Assembly: GCA_021324455.1 (NCBI GenBank)
Contig: JAJPJA010000139.1
Span: 6,207 to 70,206, forward strand
Length of the DNA stretch: 64,000 nt
Source of the DNA: Pseudomonadota bacterium
Lineage (GTDB): Bacteria; Desulfobacterota; Binatia; Binatales; Binataceae
Reading direction: 5' to 3'
Position numbers and translations under genes: made by a program. Below the pieces are notes generated by a model. It ran no database searches, was not told where the DNA came from, and was given only the letters and a program-made list of their open reading frames with translations. Positions within the stretch are counted from its first letter, which is position 1, and every line of letters starts with the position of its first letter. Positions 38,158-46,006 of the stretch are shown here, one piece after another.

Positions 38158-38415
38158 ACCTCGATCCTCCTTTGTGGAACTCCTTTCTAGAGCTCTCATC
38201 AGGGAGGCGTTATGAAGGCGTGAACAATTTGTTCAGCGCGGTTGAACGGCCGCATCCGAAACCCAGAAAACCGCCTCCGCCCGCGCACCGATCGCGTCCT
38301 CAGCGGCTTGGATTCGGAAAAGAATTCGCTTGCCCCGATCCAATCGGCAAGTCGGGGAGAAGCTGCCGCTGCGATGATGAGAATTTCATGGCGGGGCGCA
38401 GGACTCAGGACGGCG

Positions 38416-39321
38416 TCATCGAGGTTTGCCGAAGCTGATCAGCAGGTGGCGCAAGCTGCCGTCGATCAGTCCGCGCCGCATCATTGCATGGACTTCAAGC
38501 GACTTAGCCGATTCGCCGCAATCGACGCGGCCGGCGGATTCCGACTCAATCAGGGCCATCGTCGCGCCCCAGAAGTTAGCTGCCGGATTGGAGACATCCC
38601 GGATTGCGCGCACAATCAGCCCGGCGCCGCGGGCGGCGTTCAGATATTCAGTGAAGCCACCGAAGTCGGCGTGCCAATACCGGTCCAGAGCGGCTTTCAT
38701 ACCCTCGCGCTCGACCAGACAGTCGGCAAGAAACAGACCGCCGCCCGCGGTCAGAAGTTGGGCGGCCCGCCTGAACCATTCCCGGCGCCGCAGATGGCAT
38801 GAACTGTCCAGCGCCACAATCGCCTCGAAGCGCTCCGCGCCCGGCACTTCGAGCGCGTCACACAGCATCGGATGAACCCGCGTCGCGACGCCGGCCTGCG
38901 CGGCGAATTCAGCCGCCAGACCAACATGAGACGGTGCGATGGTAATGGCGGTGACGTCGGCGCCAAACTCCTGCGCCCAGAAGATTGCCGGGCCGCCCAG
39001 TCCGCATCCGACATCGAGTACGCGGCGGAAATCGATTCTCCGCAGATTCCAGAACTCGGCGCTGTCGGTAAGCATACGATGCTGCGAACGGCGCAGCATC
39101 GCGCGCAACTGCAGCGCGCTCCTTGCGGCGCATTCCGCCCGCTCCAGCAGGCCGACATGAAAGTGCACTCGCGGACCGGGTCCGTAGCGGCGCACAATGG
39201 ACTCCGTTTTGCGCTCGTAATATTCCGCGACCGAAATACCAGAGGCAGAGGACCCGTGGCCGCCGCTTTCCACAACCGCAAAGCCGGCTGAAGCGCCATC
39301 AAGCCGGGACGGCCCGTTCAT
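38416..39321 (-). CDS. class I SAM-dependent methyltransferase
   Basis: Motif I is VLDVGCGLGGPAIFWA. Post-I and II motifs (DVTAITIA, FEAIVALDSSCHL) are present. It is the last gene of the STAND-led operon. Confidence 0.8.
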   Translation of the reverse strand: MNGPSRLDGASAGFAVVESGGHGSSASGISVAEYYERKTESIVRRYGPGPRVHFHVGLLERAECAARSALQLRAMLRRSQHRMLTDSAEFWNLRRIDFRRVLDVGCGLGGPAIFWAQEFGADVTAITIAPSHVGLAAEFAAQAGVATRVHPMLCDALEVPGAERFEAIVALDSSCHLRRREWFRRAAQLLTAGGGLFLADCLVEREGMKAALDRYWHADFGGFTEYLNAARGAGLIVRAIRDVSNPAANFWGATMALIESESAGRVDCGESAKSLEVHAMMRRGLIDGSLRHLLISFGKPR

Positions 39322-39335
39322 TGGGTGTGCTCGAA

Positions 39336-40430
39336 TTATCGAAAAAGCGGAAACAAATCATACATTTCGACCGTGGTCACGCCGTACGCCTGCACACCGT
39401 CGTAAAGGCCCTCAACCTTCGCTTTCGCCTCGACCCGATGGGCGTTGAAAGCTGATACTATTTCCGGCTCCTGCTTAAACGGGAGCAGGGTTACGGTGAG
39501 ATCCGCTTTTCCAGGAATCGTGACGCGCCACTTATTTGCATAAATACGGCCGGTTTTACTGCTCGTCCACTTTTCCAGTTCCGATATAAGCGCACTGGCC
39601 GAATGCAAACTGTCGTCCGCGCACAGGATCGTAACGAAGCTGTCTTTGCCGCCCACGTGGGAATCCGGATGGGCGTCGTCGTTCTGCTGATCCCACAGAC
39701 TCATCTTGACCTGGTTGCGCAGCTCGATATTCATCCAGGTCCATTTGCACGCTCCGAACCGGCCCCATTCGCGATCCAGCCAGGAAGTCCCGGTTACCGA
39801 ATAGGATTTTCCCGCGAAGCCGAGGGTGCCCGAGGTCGCCAGATGCGGCAATGCGTATTCGTAATCGATACCGTCCGAGAACGGAATCATCCCGGTAGCA
39901 AGATTCGGCAGCGGATGTCCCAAAGGCTTCATGGTGAAATTCAGCTCCAGACTTTGCGCACCGCTCTTCACGCCCCCCTCGATTTGCAATTGGTCGATAG
40001 TCCCGTACACGCGGCCCACTCCCGCGATCCGAATATCAAGACCTTTTTCAGCCACGGTCGTGTCCGCCAGCCATAGCCGGTTTTCCTCTTTGGAAAAGTA
40101 ATCGCCCTGGTCGTCATCGAATATCGACATGGCCAGCTGAGCTATCGGTGTTCCGAGCGATTTGGCTATCAGCAACAGGTGAAACAGCACGGAGAAATTC
40201 CGCTGCCCGTCGCTTACATAACTGACGAAATAGTAAGAGTCTCCGTCCGAAGTTCCGATCGAATGCGGGGGTAAATCGTCGGCGGGCTTCAGAATCGGCT
40301 GACGGTCCATGGCGACACGAATCGGTTGGGCCGCCGCCAGTATTTCCCTGGTCGGACGTCGGTCCGGGATATGCGGCGTGTTTTCCGTTTTCAATCCGGC
40401 CGCCTCAAAAGTTCGGGGCAAAGGCGACAC
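39336..40430 (-). CDS. AttH / CrtC-like lipocalin-fold protein (carotenoid 1,2-hydratase superfamily)
   Basis: GTSWLDREWG and the surrounding beta-rich sequence resemble the AttH/CrtC family. The GTG start is uncertain (alternative ATG at 40310). Confidence 0.7.
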   Translation of the reverse strand: MSPLPRTFEAAGLKTENTPHIPDRRPTREILAAAQPIRVAMDRQPILKPADDLPPHSIGTSDGDSYYFVSYVSDGQRNFSVLFHLLLIAKSLGTPIAQLAMSIFDDDQGDYFSKEENRLWLADTTVAEKGLDIRIAGVGRVYGTIDQLQIEGGVKSGAQSLELNFTMKPLGHPLPNLATGMIPFSDGIDYEYALPHLATSGTLGFAGKSYSVTGTSWLDREWGRFGACKWTWMNIELRNQVKMSLWDQQNDDAHPDSHVGGKDSFVTILCADDSLHSASALISELEKWTSSKTGRIYANKWRVTIPGKADLTVTLLPFKQEPEIVSAFNAHRVEAKAKVEGLYDGVQAYGVTTVEMYDLFPLFR

Positions 40431-40448
40431 GGCCTTGCCGCTGCCGCT

Positions 40449-40829
40449 TCATCGCATGGGAACGGCGAAAGCATTGATCATCCGCCAGTCTTCGCCTGTT
40501 CCATCTCTGGTAAAGATGAAGGCGAATTGGATGGGAATGGCGCCGTAGTCGTTTTGCTTGTCCTTGTACTTAGCCCTGCCGGTAACTATTCCATGCGTTC
40601 CATCCTGTCCCATGTAAGCAACATCTTCGAAATCCCTGATCTGAGGCATCTGCGACTTCTGCTGCGTATTGAGGTACGCGATAATGTTGCCGATTCCCAC
40701 AACCGAACCCGGATCGTCGACCCGCTTCAGAATCGCGTCGATATGCAGCAACGCGCCGAGTTCGTCGTAGCTGCCGCGGTTGAAAAGGTCCGTCGCATGC
40801 TTGAACGTTTGGCTCAAGTCGTTTGACAT
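40449..40829 (-). CDS. NTF2-like (SnoaL/DUF4440-like) small protein
   Basis: AAGGAGGA lies 6 nt upstream of the ATG. The 126-aa protein has an alpha+beta cone-like pattern (ATDLFNRGSYDELGALLH...FIFTRDGTGEDWRMI). Confidence 0.55.
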   Translation of the reverse strand: MSNDLSQTFKHATDLFNRGSYDELGALLHIDAILKRVDDPGSVVGIGNIIAYLNTQQKSQMPQIRDFEDVAYMGQDGTHGIVTGRAKYKDKQNDYGAIPIQFAFIFTRDGTGEDWRMINAFAVPMR

Positions 40830-40890
40830 TTCAGATCCTCCTTGTCGTGCGAGGCGGCGCCTCAGCCGCGAACCGCGTTGAGCCTGCGGC

Positions 40891-43800
40891 TCAGTTCACG
40901 AGATTGCTGCCGGTATGAAGATTTTCGAGCAGTGCGCGCGCCTCCCTCAAATCAGGGGTATCGAAGCCCTCGCTGAACCAGTCAAAGACTCCGGCCAGCA
41001 GCCGGCGTCCTTCGGCGGCGCGGCCCTGTTTGAGACGCAGCCGGCTGATACTCACAGCCGCGCGCAACTCCAGCGATTTGGCGCTCTGCTCCGTGCTTTT
41101 CGCCAGCGCCTGGGCAAAACATTCTTCGGCGGCCGCTTCGTTCTCCCCGGCCGCTTGCTGCAAAAGCAGCTCGCCCCGGACGCGGCTGAATTCCGCCACC
41201 CAGTAGCGATCCACGCATTCGATCGAATCGAGCACGCGCAAACCGTCGGCGGGACGGCCATTGTGGCCGTACACCTGCGCCAGCAGGGTTGAGAAGTAGG
41301 GGATCATGATGACGCCGTCAGTGGAATGGAAGGCCTCGATGCCCATACGCATTTGCGCGCTTCCTTCCTCGACCCGGCCCCGCTGCGCCAGCGCCCAGCC
41401 GCAAAGAATGGCGCCCATGCAACGGTAAAAGGCGAGTTCATATTCGTTGGACAACCGGACCGCTTCCGCCGCAATTCGCTCGACAGCTTCCGCCTTGCGT
41501 TGAAACTGGTAGGGTAATGCGCCGAATGCGGCCGCCATCGCCATCGTCGCCGGATGGTTGAGGCGCCGCGCCAGTTCGATCCCCTCCTCGTCCCGTTTAA
41601 TCGATTGATCCGGGTAGCCCAGAAACCATAAGGCCCATCCGGCATGGAACAGACACGCTACCGCGGGGTCCTGTCCGTAGATGAATTTAAGCCTTTCGTG
41701 TTCGACCGGATTATAGATTGCAATCGCCTGTTCGAGATGGCCGAGCCCGGCGGCGAACTCCCCGGCGGTACAGCAGCTCACGCCCAGGGCATGATGTGCT
41801 TCGACCAGGAGACCGGAATCGCCGCTGCTGCGCGCCAGCTTGAGGCATTGCTCTCCCATCTCGAATCCGGCGGCGTATTCGGATCGCGAGGCGTAGTTGA
41901 TCCAAAGACCCCAAAAGGCGCGGAACAGCTGAGGAGTTTCCTGCACCTGCTGACTCAATTCGCGCGCGCGGGCGAATACACGGCCCACTTCCAATGAGGA
42001 AAAGCCCCGGGTCGATACCAGGGCCGTTCCTAGCGCCGCGTTAAGCATGAATTCCTGTCTCAGCAACCGCGGCGTGCGGGCAATGCCGCCGGCCAGCGTA
42101 AGCCCGTTGCGAAAATGATTGATGGCTTCAAGGTTGGCCGATCGCTGGCTGGCGCGTTCGCCGGCCAATTGCAGGTAATGCAGAGTTTTGCCGGGGTCCG
42201 CGCCCGCGCCCGCGTTCCACAGATGATGCGCCAAGTCCTCGGCGTGGTCTTCCACGGTGTCGCTCCACAACTGTTCGATTGCGTTGGCGGCTTCCAGATG
42301 GAGCCGCTGGCGCCGCGGGGCGGACAGATCGCTGAGCACCGCCTGCCGGATCAATTCGTGTGAAAACCGAAAGCGCGCCTGCGGATAGTCCAGCGTCGCC
42401 GTAATCAGACCGGCCCGTTCCGCTTCTTCCACGCAGTCGAGCAGTGAATCGGCCGCCGTATGCGCCGCCGCCCGCAGCAAGTCGAAGGTAAAAGATCTTC
42501 GAATCACCGCCGCGGTGCCGAGCGCCTTGCGGGTGGATTCGTTCAGCCGCGCCAGCCGCCTGCGAATCACCACGCGCAGATTGCGCGGGACATCAGGCTC
42601 GCCCATCTCAAGGCCGCGCCGAAAGTTTCCGTCCTCATCGAGCAGCCTGCCCTGTTCGGATAAATGCCTGAACAACTCTTCGACGAAGAACGGATTGCCT
42701 TCGGTGTTGGCGTAAAACAGCCTTACCACAGGCTCCGGCGGCTGCTGCCCGCTGAGCGCCCGCAGCATGCCGGCAACTCCGTCGATCGGCAATCCGCGCA
42801 GACTGAAGCTCTCAATCAGGCGTTCGCGAATCAACTCGTCAAGCGTTCTAATCAGCTGCCCGCCCGGGTCGGGCTCGTAGGTGCGGTAGGTTCCCAGGAT
42901 CATCACCGGAAGCCCGGGGATCAGTTGCGCCAGATGATTGAGCAGTAACAGCGTGCCTTCGTCGGCCCAATGCAGATCGTCGAGCAGACAAAGCACGGGC
43001 GCACTGAGCGAAAGCCGGGCGAGGATTCCGGCCACCGCGCCGAACAGCAGACGGCGCGACTGCTCTGGCGGCAACTCCGCGGGCTGAGGAATATCGGGAA
43101 ACAACCTGCGCAAGTGCGGTACCAGCCGGCTGAGTTCCGCCGCGTCATCGCCTAACGCATCGCGAAAGACGCTGGGGTTCCGCGCCCGGGCCATCGCGGT
43201 TTCAAGTATCTCGACAAACGGAATAAAAGGAACCGGGTCGCTGCGGTCGTAGCATCCGCCGGCGAAGGTTAAAAAGCCGCGGCGCGAGGCCTCGGCGGCG
43301 ATTTCGGCCGCCATCCGCGTCTTGCCGACGCCGGCCGCACCGTCGATCAGCACCAGCTTTCCCGTTCCCTGCCGCGATTGCTCGAGCAAAGCCAGCAGCG
43401 CCGCACGTTCCGAATCTCGGCCCACCAGTACGCTTGCGGCGGGGTAGGAAGGGGCGAAGCTGGTTGGTTTGGGGGTAAATACCGCCTGCGGCTGCGGGGT
43501 CTGGATCTCGGTTCCGTCAGGCTTAAGTACAAATTGCCAGCTTATCGGAGTCTTCGGGTCGGGAACGTAAGTGCAGAAAGAACCGGTGCGGATGCAGCGG
43601 TTGAGAGTCGCACCCAGCGCGGAATCCTGTTCGGCAATTTTGTCCAGCGCCGACCTGACCGCGCGGGTGACATTAAGCCGGGCGCGCTCGGCGGCGGAAC
43701 CGGCGCGGCGCAGGCGCCCGCCCAGGCCCACGGCCCGCGAAATTTCGCCGGCAAGAAATTCTATTTCCGATTCGATCCGATCGGCGCCGGCGGCATCGCC

Positions 43801-44193
43801 GCGCTCGCGGGATTGCGTCAGATCTTCCTTCAGGTCGGTCAGGCGGCGCCGATATTCCCTTTTCGCGCGCTCATCGAGCAACTCCCCGGCGTCGCCCTGC
43901 AATCCGCGCCGGAAGGAAACTCCGGCCGCAAGCGCGCTTTCATTTTTTTCGATCAGATCGCTCTCGGCAACCGGGCCGCAGCCGCCCAGCACATCCAATG
44001 CGTGAAATTCCTCGCCCGGATGCTGAAGCAGGCGCTGGATGTAACCGAGTCCTTTGACATGCCGGACGGAGAACAGGGCGCCGGCCGGCCCGATCGTCCA
44101 GTATTCGCCGGTGCAGGCAAAAATCGCGCAGGATTGCCGCGTGGCGCCGGACCCCGGCCTTAAAGGCGCCGCGTCCCGGCTTTTACGTCCCAC
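40891..44193 (-). CDS. STAND-class NTPase (AAA_16-type P-loop plus helical and TPR sensor region) with N-terminal domain of unknown function
   Basis: Walker A is GAAGVGKT and Walker B is LCLLDDLHWADEG. The C-terminal part is long and TPR-like. The N-terminal GEYWTIG...KGLGYIQRLLQHPGEEFHALDV motif recurs in large regulator-like ATPases (from memory). GTG start after AAAGGGG. Confidence 0.8.
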   Translation of the reverse strand: MGRKSRDAAPLRPGSGATRQSCAIFACTGEYWTIGPAGALFSVRHVKGLGYIQRLLQHPGEEFHALDVLGGCGPVAESDLIEKNESALAAGVSFRRGLQGDAGELLDERAKREYRRRLTDLKEDLTQSRERGDAAGADRIESEIEFLAGEISRAVGLGGRLRRAGSAAERARLNVTRAVRSALDKIAEQDSALGATLNRCIRTGSFCTYVPDPKTPISWQFVLKPDGTEIQTPQPQAVFTPKPTSFAPSYPAASVLVGRDSERAALLALLEQSRQGTGKLVLIDGAAGVGKTRMAAEIAAEASRRGFLTFAGGCYDRSDPVPFIPFVEILETAMARARNPSVFRDALGDDAAELSRLVPHLRRLFPDIPQPAELPPEQSRRLLFGAVAGILARLSLSAPVLCLLDDLHWADEGTLLLLNHLAQLIPGLPVMILGTYRTYEPDPGGQLIRTLDELIRERLIESFSLRGLPIDGVAGMLRALSGQQPPEPVVRLFYANTEGNPFFVEELFRHLSEQGRLLDEDGNFRRGLEMGEPDVPRNLRVVIRRRLARLNESTRKALGTAAVIRRSFTFDLLRAAAHTAADSLLDCVEEAERAGLITATLDYPQARFRFSHELIRQAVLSDLSAPRRQRLHLEAANAIEQLWSDTVEDHAEDLAHHLWNAGAGADPGKTLHYLQLAGERASQRSANLEAINHFRNGLTLAGGIARTPRLLRQEFMLNAALGTALVSTRGFSSLEVGRVFARARELSQQVQETPQLFRAFWGLWINYASRSEYAAGFEMGEQCLKLARSSGDSGLLVEAHHALGVSCCTAGEFAAGLGHLEQAIAIYNPVEHERLKFIYGQDPAVACLFHAGWALWFLGYPDQSIKRDEEGIELARRLNHPATMAMAAAFGALPYQFQRKAEAVERIAAEAVRLSNEYELAFYRCMGAILCGWALAQRGRVEEGSAQMRMGIEAFHSTDGVIMIPYFSTLLAQVYGHNGRPADGLRVLDSIECVDRYWVAEFSRVRGELLLQQAAGENEAAAEECFAQALAKSTEQSAKSLELRAAVSISRLRLKQGRAAEGRRLLAGVFDWFSEGFDTPDLREARALLENLHTGSNLVN

Positions 44194-44337
44194 CGAAAGC
44201 CCCTTTCTGGATCCTCCGCCTTGCAGGCGGTCCGGACCCGGCTCGTAAACTTAAAAGCCGTGAGCACCAGGTTCGAGACGCAGGAATTCGGTTAGTAGCA
44301 GTATATTCGTGATATGTAAAGAGCCTGCTGATATACG

Positions 44338-44365
44338 ATTATATAAAAAAGAAAGTGCTTTTGAA
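44338..44365 (-). promoter_or_regulatory. candidate sigma70-type promoter for the STAND-led operon
   Basis: On the minus strand the sequence reads TTCAAA-N16-TATAAT (plus coordinates 44360-44365 and 44338-44343), inside an AT-rich island. An imperfect inverted repeat (44302-44316 / 44331-44345) overlaps the -10. Confidence 0.35.
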
Positions 44366-44813
44366 TAAACTTGACTTCCATGCATATGCAGATCACAGAA
44401 GCGGCTTCACGTTGCAGCGGATCCGGAATTGATTAATCCGCCGCCGGCGCCTGAACGCACCCGCCAAACGGCCATCTGAATTCAATCGGACCGCTGAAAT
44501 CGCCGCCGGGCGGCCGCTTCGCCTCCGCCGCGAAGACCACGACCCGCGGGCAGCCTGCTGCCCTCTGGAATCGGCCTGCCCGCTGCGGACTGCGAGGACG
44601 CCTCAGCCTTGAAGATGGCGCCTGCGGGTAACAGCCGGCTCGCTGTCAGAGCGGCAGCAGCGCCTCTTGTACAGGCATCCTGGAATTCATCACACTCGCG
44701 GGTTGTGCTCATGCATGACCCGATCGTTATCGACTATACGTAATCGCGAGGGCGCGGCGACGCACTTCATGTCGCTGCGATGCGCAGGCGCCCGGACTAT
44801 GCACGTTTGCCGG

Positions 44814-45380
44814 CTAGAACAATACCTCCAGTACCGATCGCAATTCGCGCTGCTCGCCGATCCCGTACAGGAGTTGATCGGTTGCCTGGTTTTTGAGCCG
44901 CATCGCTTCTGACTTGGCGGCCAGAATCGAGGAATCGCCTTCGGTATCAAGCAGCGCCAACGCCACCGGGACTCCAAACAACTCCTGCAGGTCATTGGAT
45001 TTGCCCACCAGGTCCAGCACCCAATCCACCGACTGCGAAATCCGCCCGATCTGGCGCTTCATCGCCGGATCCCGCAGACGAAGCTGCTGCAGCGCGTCGA
45101 CATGCGCGATAATGCCGGTGACGCTTTCCGCGACGCCCTCGGAAAAACGATCGCCGCCGATTGAAAGCAGGGCGCGCTGATCGATACTCAGACGGTCCAG
45201 GTCGTCCACAATGCCGTCGACATGCTCAACCACCACGAAACTGCGCGCCAGACTGTCCCTGACTTCGGTAAGGCTGCGGTTAAACGCCAGGCGCAGGCCG
45301 ATGCCCGCGCAGATCAGCAAGGCGGCGGCCCCCGCGGCTGCTTTGACGAGTTTGGAATCTTCCAGTGAGTTGCGGTCCAT
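44814..45380 (-). CDS. membrane-anchored stand-alone CHASE3-like sensor domain protein
   Basis: One N-terminal TM segment is followed by LSIDQRALLSIGGDRFSEG...LRLRDPAMKRQIGRI, resembling the CHASE3 pattern QRGYLLTGD..fLepy...dnp.Q. No output domain is present. Confidence 0.55.
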   Translation of the reverse strand: MDRNSLEDSKLVKAAAGAAALLICAGIGLRLAFNRSLTEVRDSLARSFVVVEHVDGIVDDLDRLSIDQRALLSIGGDRFSEGVAESVTGIIAHVDALQQLRLRDPAMKRQIGRISQSVDWVLDLVGKSNDLQELFGVPVALALLDTEGDSSILAAKSEAMRLKNQATDQLLYGIGEQRELRSVLEVLF

Positions 45381-45634
45381 GGCCCGACCAATCCCTGAAG
45401 CAGGCGATCCAACCCCCAGACCGGACGGCCAAACGCTCTGGATACAACCGGATCATAACTGGATGCATGGCTGGGTCAAACCCACCTGATCCCGCAGCGG
45501 ACTTCGTCAAACACTCAGGAAGATGCCGGCGCACAATCCGGTGCGCGCGCCGCGCGACCCGGTAAAGACCGCCGGCGCCGGGCGCTTTCCATCGCGCGCC
45601 CCAATCCGAACCCTTCCGGTGAGGCTTTGACTGG

Positions 45635-45657
45635 TATAGGGTACCCCCCAGGGTATA
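45635..45657. promoter_or_regulatory. candidate RcnR/CsoR-type operator (C6 tract flanked by inverted TACCC/GGGTA)
   Basis: The sequence TATAGGGTACCCCCCAGGGTATA lies 11 nt upstream of the regulator ATG. It contains TACCC-N4-GGGTA dyad symmetry and a C6/G6 tract, like the E. coli RcnR site TACT-G6-N-AGTA (from memory). Confidence 0.5.
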
Positions 45658-45667
45658 TGATTCCAGC

Positions 45668-45946
45668 ATGGGGCACACCATCAAGGAAAAGGAAAAACTT
45701 CTCAACCGGGTGCGGCGCGTGCGCGGGCAGATCGAGGCGTTGGAGCGCGCGATCGGCCAGGAAAAAGGCTGCGCCGAGGTGCTTCACCTGGCAGTCGCGG
45801 CGCGCGGCGCAATGAACAGCCTGATGGCCGAGATTATCGAGGATCATGTCCGGATGCATGTCGTCGATCCGAACCGCGAGCGCAACAGCGAGCGGGCCAA
45901 AGGCGCTGAGGAACTGATCGAGGTGGTTCGCGCCTATCTCAGATAG
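45668..45946 (+). CDS. CsoR/RcnR-family metal-sensing repressor, RcnR-type H-C-H-H fingerprint
   Basis: 92 aa of the DUF156 fold. His3, Cys35, His60 and His64 occupy the W-X-Y-Z ligand positions. Confidence 0.85.
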   Translation: MGHTIKEKEKLLNRVRRVRGQIEALERAIGQEKGCAEVLHLAVAARGAMNSLMAEIIEDHVRMHVVDPNRERNSERAKGAEELIEVVRAYLR

Positions 45947-46006
45947 CCCCGCTTCCCGTTTTATACGCGCCGATTTTTTCTGGCCGATTGGCACTGGCAA
46001 TCCGCC

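Noticed and set aside
44255-44290. tRNA T-arm-like GGTTCGAGAC
   Set aside because: No acceptor, D or anticodon stems can be drawn around it, so it is an isolated motif match.
45515-46000. 161-aa minus-strand ORF covering the metalloregulator gene
   Set aside because: It is antisense to a textbook CsoR/RcnR-family ORF that has a matching operator upstream. It carries no motif of its own.
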